In this document: piece after piece, positions 1 through 9,720 of the stretch
Position numbering within the stretch: the first letter of the stretch is position 1
How the letters are laid out: the number at the start of each line of letters is the position of its first letter
NCBI RefSeq assembly: GCF_003428155.1
Contig: NZ_QLIR01000002.1
Span: 90,001 to 122,000, forward strand
Source: Fastidiosibacter lacustris
GTDB taxonomy: Bacteria > Pseudomonadota > Gammaproteobacteria > Francisellales > Francisellaceae
Length of the DNA: 32,000 nt
Direction of reading: 5' to 3'
Notes under the pieces: generated by a model
What the model was told of the DNA's origin: nothing
Databases searched by the model: none
What the model saw: only the letters and a program-made list of their open reading frames with translations
Made by a program: the position numbers and the translations under genes

Positions 1-142
1 CATAAATGTGATCAATTGTGGCAAGCGAATTGGCGATAAAACCTTGGTCAAGACCAAATAATAATCCACCTAAAGCTCCAATTAAACAAATCATGTAAAC
101 AATTTTCTTATATTGTTTGTTAGAAGTTGATTGTATTGGCAT
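1..142 (-). CDS. N-terminal fragment of MFS sugar porter (truncated by window edge)
   Basis: Not in the ORF track. Reverse-strand reading from ATG at 142 gives MPIQSTSNKQYKKIVYMICLIGALGGLLFGLDQGFIANSLATIDHIY; the GALGGLLFGLDQGFIANSL pattern is typical of TM1 of GalP/AraE/XylE-type sugar porters. Confidence 0.75.
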   Translation of the reverse strand, partial: MPIQSTSNKQYKKIVYMICLIGALGGLLFGLDQGFIANSLATIDHIY

Positions 143-724
143 AAAAGTCCCCTGTGTAAATTAAGACAGGCATATTTTGCGTAGTGTTAATGCAGATGTC
201 AAATAGTTACATTAGAGAATAGTTATTTACATTGTTCACAATAAAGAAATAATTATTGGTAATGATTAATATTAAGTGTAAATATCTGTAGATATTGCAA
301 AGCTGATATTGATTCAATAAACAAAGTAGACACGCTTTTATGCAATTTAATAGTTGATTAAAATGCTCATTTAAATGATGATCATGAGTAGAACCACGTT
401 TAAGTGGACTTTATTGATGAGGTTAATACTGTATGGAAGAATTGCATCAGATGGAATATTACTACCAATAATGGCAAAAAAAGTAGAAGCAAAGTTTAAC
501 ACTAAGCTACTTTTAATGTTTGAGATGGGCATAAAAATATGCCCAAAAGTAAAAAGCAAGCAAGATACAACGTATCAAAAATCTGTATAAATGTATGAAT
601 ATTTAAATGGTTTAAGCCAATAGTGTAAGTAGCAAAAGTATAGTTCAAAAGAAGAATATTCGCTGAATATAGCGATTATTTCTGATATGATTCAATCAGT
701 TTGAGTAGAAGGTAGTAAGTAGCG

Positions 725-2044
725 ATGAAAATTGCAATATTTGGTACAGGTTATGTTGGGCTTGTAACGGGCACCTGCTTTGCGGCGATGGGTAACCATG
801 TTTGCTGTGTGGACATTGACAATAAAAAGGTAGAGAATTTAAAAAAAGGAATTTCTCCAATATATGAACCAGGCTTAGATGATCTAATTAAACGCAATGT
901 AGCTAAAGGCAGATTAAGTTTTACGACGGAGGCAAAATCTGCGATTGATGAAGCAGAAATTATTTTTATTGCAGTAGGGACTCCACCTGATGAGGATGGT
1001 TCTGCTGATTTAAAATATGTGCTTCAGGTTGCAAAAACGGTTGCAAAATATATGAGTGAATATAAAGTCATTGTCAATAAATCGACTGTACCTGTGGGAA
1101 CAGAGTATAAAGTAACAGAGACGATTTCAAATGTGCTTAGATCGCGTGGCGTCACGCTTGACTTTGACGTTGTATCAAATCCTGAGTTTCTCAAAGAGGG
1201 TGATGCAATTAATGATTGTATGCATCCAGATCGGATTGTGGTTGGTGCACATTCTGAGCGCGCCGCGGATATGATGCGCGAACTTTATGCACCATTTGAC
1301 CCAAACCAAAACCGTTTAATGATCATGGATGTGCGTTCTGCCGAGATGACGAAGTACGTTGCAAATGCGATGCTTGCCACCAAAATCAGCTTTATGAATG
1401 AGATGAGTCAAATTGCTGAGCGAGTAGGTGCGGATATTGAAAAAGTACGAATTGGTATTGGTGCGGATCGGCGTATTGGTTATCATTTCATTTATGCAGG
1501 ATGTGGTTACGGTGGTTCTTGTTTTCCCAAAGATGTGCGAGCGTTGAGTCAGACTTCGCATGAATATGGTTATAAAGCAAGGCTTTTAAATGCTGTACAT
1601 GATGTTAATGATGAACAAAAAGAAGTATTGTTTAATAAGTTTTACAATTATTTTAATGGTGAAGTTGAAGGCAAAATAGTAGCCGTATGGGGACTTGCAT
1701 TTAAACCAAATACCGATGACATCCGTGAAGCACCTTCTCGAGTGTTGATTGAAAAACTATGGCAACACGGTGTGAAAGTAAAAGCGTATGACCCAGAGGC
1801 GATGAATAATTTTATCAACACATATGAGAACCGTGATAATTACGAGTTAGCACAAGATGCTTATGATGCGTTATATGGTGCCGATGCACTTTTTGTAGTG
1901 ACAGAATGGCAAAGCTTTAGAAGTCCAGATTTTGCTAAAATCGCGAGTAGATTAGCGCAACCTGTGATTTTTGACGGTCGTAACCTATATGATAAATCTC
2001 GCATGAAAAAAATGGGGATTGAATATATTTCAATCGGGCGTTAA
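725..2044 (+). CDS. ugd: UDP-glucose 6-dehydrogenase
   Basis: 439 aa; N-terminal Rossmann motif GTGYVGLVTGTCFAAMG, catalytic Cys region YAGCGYGGSCFPKDVRAL, C-terminal AVWGLAFKPNTDDIREAPS. Confidence 0.96.
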   Translation: MKIAIFGTGYVGLVTGTCFAAMGNHVCCVDIDNKKVENLKKGISPIYEPGLDDLIKRNVAKGRLSFTTEAKSAIDEAEIIFIAVGTPPDEDGSADLKYVLQVAKTVAKYMSEYKVIVNKSTVPVGTEYKVTETISNVLRSRGVTLDFDVVSNPEFLKEGDAINDCMHPDRIVVGAHSERAADMMRELYAPFDPNQNRLMIMDVRSAEMTKYVANAMLATKISFMNEMSQIAERVGADIEKVRIGIGADRRIGYHFIYAGCGYGGSCFPKDVRALSQTSHEYGYKARLLNAVHDVNDEQKEVLFNKFYNYFNGEVEGKIVAVWGLAFKPNTDDIREAPSRVLIEKLWQHGVKVKAYDPEAMNNFINTYENRDNYELAQDAYDALYGADALFVVTEWQSFRSPDFAKIASRLAQPVIFDGRNLYDKSRMKKMGIEYISIGR

Positions 2045-2059
2045 GCGGTTGAGATATAG

Positions 2060-2521
2060 TCAAAAATTTTTATTACGCTGTTGATGCATCACAAAGCTAT
2101 TATCAGCTATTTTTTGCTCGTCTTTGGATAAATCTGCTTGATAACCAATAATCATAAGATAACCATTTTTGGATGTAACGTTAAAATGGTAGTAAATACC
2201 GTTGATCAGACAGCTTTGTTTGGCATCACATTCAATTTTTGGAAATATTCCGCTTAGTGTTTTAATTGATTGTTCATAGTTATAATTGCTCATGATAATG
2301 GCATTATCTACGATATTGTAGTTGAGTGTTAGGTAACCGTTGTAATTGTGTTTGAGCTCGGCTTTTAAATCCTGAGCAACGGTTTGATAGGCTTTAAATT
2401 TTACAAAAAAAATAAAACTCATAAAAAATAATACTCCAAGGGCAATAAGTGTAACAAGAAGTATTACGGTTAGTTTACCGCTTGAAACACTTTCTTGATT
2501 TTCGATTTGACTTTGTGACAT
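2060..2521 (-). CDS. small single-pass membrane protein, unknown function
   Basis: 153 aa, one N-terminal hydrophobic helix (LTVILLVTLIALGVLFFMSFIFFV); directly downstream of the FimV-like gene on the same strand. Confidence 0.6.
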   Translation of the reverse strand: MSQSQIENQESVSSGKLTVILLVTLIALGVLFFMSFIFFVKFKAYQTVAQDLKAELKHNYNGYLTLNYNIVDNAIIMSNYNYEQSIKTLSGIFPKIECDAKQSCLINGIYYHFNVTSKNGYLMIIGYQADLSKDEQKIADNSFVMHQQRNKNF

Positions 2522-2533
2522 GACGATTCCTTG

Positions 2534-3643
2534 TTAATTTATACCAAAATATTTTTTATATAATGTATCAATATCTTTCCAGCGCTTATCATCATAAGGT
2601 AATAGATTAGAGGCAAGATAATCCCGTTCGCTGTTAAATGAAATTTCATCGCCATCTGCGCCATAGATTGCAAGGATTTTGATACGGATATCTAAATTTT
2701 TAGGTTCGCTATTTAACGCTTCTTGTAAAATAGTTTTAGCGTGTGCAACATCTTGTGCCTCTAGTAGTTCGTTGGCTTTTTGGAGTAGTTTTTTAATTTC
2801 ATCTTTGGATGCTTTTTTGCTAATACGCTCAGTCTCAGACTGTTTGTTGATCACGGCACCTTCTTTATCTTTTGTTGGATCAGATGTCTTAGCATAAAAT
2901 TGATCTTTCATTATACGTGTATCATGCTGGGCAAAAGTCGCTTTGCGTTTTAAGCGTCGCTGCCAAATTAAGAATATGACAATAACAATTAGTATAATGA
3001 TTAGCCACTGATTATAATCCGTTTTAGCTTTAGTATGGATATTGATATTTGTGTTTTCAGTATTCAGCCTGCTATCTTTATTATGGTCAACGTTGGTGTT
3101 AGTTATTGCTGGTGTAATGACAATGCCTTCAATAGTAGAGTTAGAGTGTTGGCTGGTATTTATTTGATTATTATTTGTATTGACTATGGAATTTTCAGGT
3201 AATGAATAGAGAGTTGAATCTGATTGTTTAATTGAGATAGTGGATTGCTGTTTTTTGTTAGCAAGTGTGAAAGATGTTTCTGTGAGGGATAACGCTTGCT
3301 CAAGAGTCGATGCTGGATTATTTTGATTAAGGTACAGCGTATGGCGTAATGTGTATAGTTTAACACCATCTTCTACTTCTTGTTTGGTAGTTGGAATGAG
3401 TAGTTTTTGGTTGATATTAATAATATCGTCGTTAATAGAAGGATTTTCTTTTGAGTTAATTCCCTTGATGGCTTGGATCATATCTTTGTTTGGAGTGCCT
3501 AAAATACCGTGCTTGCTCGCAATTCGCCATAACGAATCCCCTGACTTGACGGTGTATGTTGTAAGTGCAAAAGCAGGTAAAATAGGGAATAAGAATAATA
3601 ATAGTAGCATAAGCTTTTTATGCCAACTAGAGAGAGTGCTCAC
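2534..3643 (-). CDS. FimV-like LysM-domain inner-membrane protein
   Basis: 369 aa; signal peptide, LysM-like TYTVKSGDSLWRIASKHG, one TM helix (WLIIILIVIVIFLIW) and a C-terminal TPR-like segment (LLQKANELLEAQDVAHAKTILQEALNSEPKNLDIRIKILAIY), the overall layout of FimV. Confidence 0.75.
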   Translation of the reverse strand: MSTLSSWHKKLMLLLLFLFPILPAFALTTYTVKSGDSLWRIASKHGILGTPNKDMIQAIKGINSKENPSINDDIININQKLLIPTTKQEVEDGVKLYTLRHTLYLNQNNPASTLEQALSLTETSFTLANKKQQSTISIKQSDSTLYSLPENSIVNTNNNQINTSQHSNSTIEGIVITPAITNTNVDHNKDSRLNTENTNINIHTKAKTDYNQWLIIILIVIVIFLIWQRRLKRKATFAQHDTRIMKDQFYAKTSDPTKDKEGAVINKQSETERISKKASKDEIKKLLQKANELLEAQDVAHAKTILQEALNSEPKNLDIRIKILAIYGADGDEISFNSERDYLASNLLPYDDKRWKDIDTLYKKYFGIN

Positions 3644-3745
3644 GTTTGCTCCTTTTTGTGTGATAAATCTAAGCTGTGATTGTAATCTAAATTAATTAGA
3701 ATGACCACGGGCAAAAATCGGATGTTTGTTACTTTATGAAGCTGC

Positions 3746-3774
3746 TTGAAAATAGTTGCTTTGACTATTTTCAA
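3746..3774. promoter_or_regulatory. perfect inverted repeat TTGAAAATAGT-N7-ACTATTTTCAA in the fimV/dotH divergent intergenic region
   Basis: 11-bp arms 3746-3756 and 3764-3774 around a 7-nt loop (tgctttg); no adjacent T-tract. Confidence 0.5.
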
Positions 3775-3844
3775 AGTTTCTTGTGTCAAATTCACATTAA
3801 GAAACTACAAATAATTTCAAAATCATGAATCATAATTTATATAA

Positions 3845-3863
3845 ATTCATCGATTTGATGAAT
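3845..3863 (+). promoter_or_regulatory. candidate operator ATTCATCGATTTGATGAAT upstream of dotH
   Basis: Dyad (ATTCATC-N5-GATGAAT); 17/19 identical to 15097-15115; the -10-like TATTAT (3901-3906) starts 38 nt after the motif end, the same spacing as the second copy. Confidence 0.55.
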
Positions 3864-3939
3864 GTATGTTAAAAAAAGACGACAATATGACAGAGTATTT
3901 TATTATGGTCACCATTGTTGATTAATGATTTAGCAGACC

Positions 3940-4776
3940 TTGAAAAAACTTATATATCCAAGTTTGCTGTTACTGGGATTATCATGCAATGGAGTGTCGG
4001 CGCAAGAGACTAACTCTCCTGTAAATAACCTTGTAAGCAGCATGTTTCCACTTAGTGCAAGTGATATTCAAAGCACTAAAAGTGAGATTAGTGCAAGACA
4101 AAAGGCAGCAGCTGTTATGCCAGCTATGAGTGATGCAAAAGGAGTCTCTCGCGTGGTTATGGCTGATACTAAACCAGGCTTTGCAACTTCCCCTCCTAAT
4201 GTAAGGCTTGGTATTGGTGTAGTGAGTTCAATTATTTTTACTGATGCAAAAGGAGTGGTTTGGCCGATTACTAGTTATGTGATTGGTGACACAGAGGACT
4301 TTGCAGTCAATTGGGATAAAAAGGGTGGAATTATGATGCTTCAATCTAAGAAACCTTATGCTAATACGAACATGGCTGTGATGTTGCAAGGACGTGCAAC
4401 ACCTGTGACTTTAATGCTGCAATCCACACAAAAAGAATGGGACTATGAGCTTTATGTTCGTGTTGCTAAAGCAGAGGATGATACTCATTTGGAAAACATT
4501 AGACAATCCCCTTATCTGTTATCACTTCTATCTGGAATAGTGCCAGAAGGTGCAAAATCGTTAAGTGTTTCTGGAGAGCAAAACACAGGAAAATTTTGGC
4601 TTTATCAAGGTCATTACCTCATTTTAACTTCAGGTACACTCATTTCTCCCGCCTATATCAATCATATTGAAGATAATACTTTAGGGACGACTAACGTATA
4701 TGAAATTGTACCCACTCCTGTCGTAATGATCTCCGACAATGTAGGGGTGCACAAAATCAATCTAAAGGATGAATAA
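3940..4776 (+). CDS. dotH: T4BSS outer-membrane core component DotH/IcmK (TraN-like)
   Basis: 278 aa from a TTG start (in-frame stop TAG at 3931-3933, so no upstream ATG is possible); signal peptide; PPNVRLGIGVVSSIIFTDAKGVVWPITSYVIGD and the C-terminal LISPAYINHIEDNTLGTTNVYEIVPTPVVMI block resemble DotH. Confidence 0.85.
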   Translation: MKKLIYPSLLLLGLSCNGVSAQETNSPVNNLVSSMFPLSASDIQSTKSEISARQKAAAVMPAMSDAKGVSRVVMADTKPGFATSPPNVRLGIGVVSSIIFTDAKGVVWPITSYVIGDTEDFAVNWDKKGGIMMLQSKKPYANTNMAVMLQGRATPVTLMLQSTQKEWDYELYVRVAKAEDDTHLENIRQSPYLLSLLSGIVPEGAKSLSVSGEQNTGKFWLYQGHYLILTSGTLISPAYINHIEDNTLGTTNVYEIVPTPVVMISDNVGVHKINLKDE

Positions 4777-5923
4777 AGTCATGTTGAAATTTTTGAAAAA
4801 TCATCCACGTATTAGAATACTCATTATTTTTGCCATACTTGTCATTGTCTCAATTACAATGCTATTAAAGTGCTCTAAAAATGGTCAAACTTATTTGCAG
4901 TCACAAGTGAATGATAAAAAAATTGAGGTAAACCAAAAGAATCCAATAAAGGATGACCAATACCAAAAGCTCGTAGACCAGGATAGACAACAAAAAATTA
5001 AGCAAGCTGAACATAAAAATAGCAGTTATATTGAAGATGTTTTTGCTTCCTCAACTCCAACTGAAAAACAAGAAAACCAGGCTCAGGATTATCAACAGAA
5101 ACAAATGGATCCTGTTACGTTTTATGACTATAAAAATAATCAGCAACAGGTAAATAAGCCAAGCGACACACAATCAACTAAGCACTCGTATGCTATGTCA
5201 ACTATTCAAGAAAATTTAGCTGTGGATCCTCAAACTGTGCAGAAAAATTTTGAAGTCATTTTAAAGTCTTGGAATAAAGTTCCATCAATGAAGGAGGAGT
5301 TTGGTGAGTTAGCAAATGGTTATGGAAGCAAAGAATCATTTAGTGCTCAATCTAAAATGGCGATGTTTAAAGCAGGTGATATTCTTATTGCGGTGATTGA
5401 TACGGCTGTTAATAGCGATCAACCTGATACGCCAATATTGGCTCACATCGTTGTGGGACCTTACAAACATGCAAAACTGTTAGGTAGTTTTGTCAGAGAA
5501 GAAGACAAATTAGTGGTGAAATTTACGACTTTATCCATTCCAGATCGAGCAGCAAGTATCAACATCAATGCTTACGCTATTGATCAAGCCACAGCCCAAA
5601 CTGCGTTGGCAAGTGATGTAGACCATCATTATCTTTTACGTTATGGCAGTTTGTTCTCAGCTGCTTTCTTGCAAGGGTTTGGGACCTACTTCACTAATGC
5701 TCAAAACAACAGTGGTTGGTGTTATGTTGACCCAATGGGTGGAAAGCATTGTCAAGGAAGTGAAGCTGCATTAACGACGAAAAATGCAGCATATGCTGGG
5801 TTAGGGCAAATTGGTACAGCATTAAGTAGTGCGATGACGAAGCAATTTGATAAACCTCCAACAGTTACTTTAAATCAAGGTAGTGCAATAGGGGTTTTGA
5901 TTATGCAAGACATAAAAGTTTAA
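4769..5923 (+). CDS. dotG: T4BSS core component DotG/IcmE, short form, with VirB10-like C-terminal domain
   Basis: 384 aa; N-terminal TM; C-terminal AGDILIAVIDTAVNSDQPDTPILAHIVVGPYKHAKLLGSF...YLLRYGSLFSAAFLQGFGTYFTNA characteristic of DotG/VirB10. Confidence 0.88.
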   Translation: MNKVMLKFLKNHPRIRILIIFAILVIVSITMLLKCSKNGQTYLQSQVNDKKIEVNQKNPIKDDQYQKLVDQDRQQKIKQAEHKNSSYIEDVFASSTPTEKQENQAQDYQQKQMDPVTFYDYKNNQQQVNKPSDTQSTKHSYAMSTIQENLAVDPQTVQKNFEVILKSWNKVPSMKEEFGELANGYGSKESFSAQSKMAMFKAGDILIAVIDTAVNSDQPDTPILAHIVVGPYKHAKLLGSFVREEDKLVVKFTTLSIPDRAASININAYAIDQATAQTALASDVDHHYLLRYGSLFSAAFLQGFGTYFTNAQNNSGWCYVDPMGGKHCQGSEAALTTKNAAYAGLGQIGTALSSAMTKQFDKPPTVTLNQGSAIGVLIMQDIKV

Positions 5924-5947
5924 AGACAAATTTAAGGTATAAAGTAA

Positions 5948-6745
5948 ATGAGCAATTATGATTTTTTTGAAGATAATGAGAAAAATAAGCAGCCTGATCA
6001 AGAACAAGAGGGCAGATCCAATCAGCAAGGGATGGAAGAAACCTCAACTGTAAATGACAGAAATAGTATGAATCGCTTAAGTGACAAGCTTAAAAATTTT
6101 AAATTTGAAAAAATTTATCTTGCTTATGGCTTGGCAGTATTTATGTTGATGGCAGGCGCTTATTTTATTTTTAGCACTTTATTTGCCAGTGATGATACAT
6201 CTCATCCTAGTAGGACATCACAAATATCCTCTCCAAATACAAATACGCAATTTGTCAAAACCGAGCAGCGTATAATACAAAATGTCGATAACAAAGAGCT
6301 AACACAACGCTTACAAACAATATCAACACAACTAAATGATTTACAAACATCACAGGATAATAATAGCCAGCGATTTGAAAAAACCATCATTGAAATGGCA
6401 CAGCATATTAAAAGCGTGGAGTCCAATCAAGCTCAGATGCTAAAAAGTATCCAAAGTATAATTAAATCGCTGGATGATATACAAAAAGCAGACCAAAGCA
6501 AAACTTTAATTTCACTTGTTACTGAACTTCAAAGGCAGTTGCAATATATGAATGCCAAGGAAATAAATATGAATGAAAAACTGCATTTAACAGCAGTAAT
6601 TGATGGAATTGCTTGGCTTGAAGACAAAAAAGGCAGATCGATTACCGTAAAAGAAGGTTCGCAATTAGATGGCTATGGTAAGGTTTTGAAAATAGACAGT
6701 CAGGCATATAAAGTCTATACAGCATCAGGTTTTGTGTTTGAGTAA
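5948..6745 (+). CDS. DotF/IcmG-like T4BSS inner-membrane protein
   Basis: 265 aa; cytosolic charged N-terminus, single TM (IYLAYGLAVFMLMAGAYFIFSTLF), periplasmic coiled coil, C-terminal DGIAWLEDKKGRSITVKEGSQLDGYGKVLKID; position directly after dotG as in icmE-icmG. Confidence 0.68.
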   Translation: MSNYDFFEDNEKNKQPDQEQEGRSNQQGMEETSTVNDRNSMNRLSDKLKNFKFEKIYLAYGLAVFMLMAGAYFIFSTLFASDDTSHPSRTSQISSPNTNTQFVKTEQRIIQNVDNKELTQRLQTISTQLNDLQTSQDNNSQRFEKTIIEMAQHIKSVESNQAQMLKSIQSIIKSLDDIQKADQSKTLISLVTELQRQLQYMNAKEINMNEKLHLTAVIDGIAWLEDKKGRSITVKEGSQLDGYGKVLKIDSQAYKVYTASGFVFE

Positions 6746-6765
6746 ATAATTAAGATGAGTGAAAG

Positions 6766-9720
6766 ATGAATTTCTTGTATAAAAGCGTTGAAGGTTTATT
6801 TGCTTGGTTAAATGCCATTAGCAATAAAACGATCTACAGTTATTGTGAGCTCGAAAGTGCAGATGATGAAAATACTTTAATTGCTAAAGATGGCAGCTTG
6901 ATTTCAATATTGGAAATCAATGGCGTTAAGCATATGGTTGGCAATGATGAATATATCTATTTATGTGAAAAAATTACGGCTATTTTAACACCTTTATTAC
7001 AAAAACAAGGTGTCAGGATTAAATGTTTTTTTCGTTATGATGCACAAAGTACAGCGCAAGAAATAGATGATTTACTGTTGCCTTCACAAAAGAGTGCTAA
7101 GCGCTTAAATCTCAATTTAGATGATTATTTTGAGGCAAAGAAAGAAAAATTAGATGAGGTTTGTGTATTTGAAAAATGTTACTTATGTATCTGGAGCTCA
7201 GCTGGTTTATTAAGTGCACATGCTCAAAAGCAAGCTTACAGGAATAAGACTGAGCGTTTAAAAGATCAGAATGTAAAAATATCATCAAAGACACAACACT
7301 TTTTGCATGTGCTTAATGAAGTGCGATTACAGCATGCTGCATTATTGACAATGCTATTAGAGTCATTTACAGCAATGGGGTTAAGTACGCATATCATGCA
7401 AGTACGGCATTTGCTACATACAATCAAAAGGCAAATTGCGCCAGACACAACAGATAAGAGTTGGCAGCCACATTTACCAGGCGATAATTTATATCTAGGA
7501 TATGAGGATAAAGATTGGTCGAACTGGTTATGGCCTAGTCTGTCTTATCAGTTATTTTGTGAAGATGGTGCTAATGTTAATATGTCTGAGTGTGTAATTG
7601 GTAACTACCGATATGCACCTGTAACTATCAGTTTGTTTCCTCAACATATTCAAGCGTTTTATGTTTTATTTAAAACTTTGAAAGAATATCAACTGCCTTG
7701 GCAAATGTGTTTTTCACTTACAGGAAATGGCATCAAAATAAGCCAAGTAAAATCATTATTAGCACAGTTTTTAACGTTTAGTTCGCATGAAAATAAATTG
7801 ATTTGTAATGCACACAAATTACTCAAGCACATTCAAGAACACAGCGATATGCCAGTGGTTAAGCTTTCAGTAAATTTAATTACTTGGGCACCTAAATCAG
7901 AGATCGAGGAATTTCAAAAGCGTAAAGCAGCCTTAAATAAAGCAATACAAAGCTGGGGGAGTGCGCAAACGACCGAAAATTTTGGTGACCCATTTGCCAT
8001 TGTTCAATCAACCTTATTAGCAATCAATCGTGAAGGCTTTCCTTGTGCAGTTGGTGCCCCATTAGGAGACGCAATAAAGCTTATGCCATTTTTTCGACCT
8101 GCAATTTCATGGGATTATGGTGCAACCTTATTTCGTACTCCAGATGGCAAACTATGGCCTTATCAAAGTGGGTCTTCAAAGCAAGTAAGCTGGATAGAGT
8201 TAATTTATGCACGATCTGGTTCAGGTAAGTCAGTATTATTAAATTCTCTTAACCTGTCTGCTTGTCTTTGCCAAGGATTAGAAGAGCTGCCTTATCTTTC
8301 AATTTTGGATATTGGACCATCTTCAAAAGGTGTGATCGATTTGCTAAAGTCCGTAACTAAAACGCCGAATATTGCTGAGCATTATCAATTTACATTTAGT
8401 TATAACGATGCGATTAATCCTTTTGATACGCATCTAGGTGCACGCGTTCCTGGTCATGCACATAAAGCATTTTTAATTAACTTTCTTTCCGCTTTATTGT
8501 TGGAAAATGTAGAAGCTTCTTTACCGGAAGGGATGGAAGCTATGTTAAATTTAGTTATTGATGAAGTTTATAAATTACACAGTGACGTTTATCAACCAAA
8601 GCTATACCAACCAGGAATTAACCCCGAAATTGATGATAAAATTAACGTTTTTAAATCTAACGATCATGGGCAATCATGGTGGCAGGTAACGGATAAATTA
8701 TTTGAGCAAAATGAAATACGTTTAGCTCAAAAAGCACAGCGTTATGCCATGCCGTTACTTTCTGATTTAATTAGTGCAGTCAATCAAACAAGTGTTATTG
8801 ATTTATATAAAACGCTAAAACTTTCCAATGGTGAGAGCTATATTCAGTATTTTTGTCGTAATATCACGACGGTAATTAAGAATCTACCTTCATTAAATCT
8901 TGTCACACGCTTAGATGTTTATGCAAAAGTAGTGGCATTTGATTTATCCTCTGTTATGTCGGCTGTATCGGCAAGTGATTCACGCATTTCAGTTATTGCT
9001 TATATGTTAGTACGCCATTTGACCGCAAGTTACTTTTTCGTTAAAGCACAAGATTTAGAGAGTTTGGCAAATGATTATCGACATTATCACAAACATAAAT
9101 TACAGGAGTTACATAACGTTCCAAAACGCATTGTATTTGATGAGTTTCATCGCACGCGTGGTTGTGCACCGATTTTAAGACAGGTTTTGACCGACATGCG
9201 TGAAGGTCGAAAGCACAATGTGCAAATTGCATTAGCATCACAGTCCTTAACTGATTTTAACCACACTATGCTTGAGTTTGCTACTTCCGTTTTTATTTTA
9301 AGTGGAGGCAATCAAAGTGCATTAGAAAACACGAAGTCTCATTTTGGTTTAAACGAAACTGAAGCGCTTGCGTTAAAGTATGCAGTGCATGGTCCAAATA
9401 GTAATGGCATGAATTTTATTGGTCAGTTTCACACCATTAATGGTGTAAATACTCAACTACTTAATTTAAGCTTAAGTGCCTATGAGGTGTGGTTATTTAC
9501 AACTACTTCGGAGGATTGTTATTTGAAAGAAAAGCTTGTTGAGCATCTTGGTGTCATTCCAAGCTTAACGCTTTTAGCACGTAAATTTCCACAGGGTAGT
9601 GCTAAACCCTATCTTGAAACACAAGCAATACTGCATTCAGATAAATCTATAAAACAAATTGCAAATGAATTAGTAGAAACTTTCATTGATCAATATTATG
9701 GGAGTATAAAGCATGCGTGA
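6766..9720 (+). CDS. dotO: T4BSS ATPase DotO/IcmB (TraU/VirB4-like)
   Basis: 984 aa; Walker A ARSGSGKSVLLN (~8209-8244), Walker B-like KRIVFDEFHRTRG, ALASQSLTDF motif; large VirB4-superfamily protein between dotF and dotI. Confidence 0.9.
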   Translation: MNFLYKSVEGLFAWLNAISNKTIYSYCELESADDENTLIAKDGSLISILEINGVKHMVGNDEYIYLCEKITAILTPLLQKQGVRIKCFFRYDAQSTAQEIDDLLLPSQKSAKRLNLNLDDYFEAKKEKLDEVCVFEKCYLCIWSSAGLLSAHAQKQAYRNKTERLKDQNVKISSKTQHFLHVLNEVRLQHAALLTMLLESFTAMGLSTHIMQVRHLLHTIKRQIAPDTTDKSWQPHLPGDNLYLGYEDKDWSNWLWPSLSYQLFCEDGANVNMSECVIGNYRYAPVTISLFPQHIQAFYVLFKTLKEYQLPWQMCFSLTGNGIKISQVKSLLAQFLTFSSHENKLICNAHKLLKHIQEHSDMPVVKLSVNLITWAPKSEIEEFQKRKAALNKAIQSWGSAQTTENFGDPFAIVQSTLLAINREGFPCAVGAPLGDAIKLMPFFRPAISWDYGATLFRTPDGKLWPYQSGSSKQVSWIELIYARSGSGKSVLLNSLNLSACLCQGLEELPYLSILDIGPSSKGVIDLLKSVTKTPNIAEHYQFTFSYNDAINPFDTHLGARVPGHAHKAFLINFLSALLLENVEASLPEGMEAMLNLVIDEVYKLHSDVYQPKLYQPGINPEIDDKINVFKSNDHGQSWWQVTDKLFEQNEIRLAQKAQRYAMPLLSDLISAVNQTSVIDLYKTLKLSNGESYIQYFCRNITTVIKNLPSLNLVTRLDVYAKVVAFDLSSVMSAVSASDSRISVIAYMLVRHLTASYFFVKAQDLESLANDYRHYHKHKLQELHNVPKRIVFDEFHRTRGCAPILRQVLTDMREGRKHNVQIALASQSLTDFNHTMLEFATSVFILSGGNQSALENTKSHFGLNETEALALKYAVHGPNSNGMNFIGQFHTINGVNTQLLNLSLSAYEVWLFTTTSEDCYLKEKLVEHLGVIPSLTLLARKFPQGSAKPYLETQAILHSDKSIKQIANELVETFIDQYYGSIKHA

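Noticed and set aside
281-296. AATATC-TGTA-GATATT inverted repeat in the first intergenic region
   Set aside because: Six-bp arms in very AT-rich DNA are expected by chance; no repeat elsewhere noticed.
371-590. Overlapping opposite-strand ORFs of 62 and 71 aa in the fimbrial-looking AT-rich gap before ugd
   Set aside because: Mirror-image ORFs on both strands, no convincing RBS or recognisable domain; most likely non-coding.
1316-1561. 81-aa minus-strand ORF inside ugd
   Set aside because: Antisense to a fully conserved housekeeping gene; spurious.
2679-3695. 72-, 61- (minus/plus mix) and 114-aa ORFs antisense to or overlapping the FimV-like gene
   Set aside because: Low-complexity shadow ORFs of a confidently called CDS.
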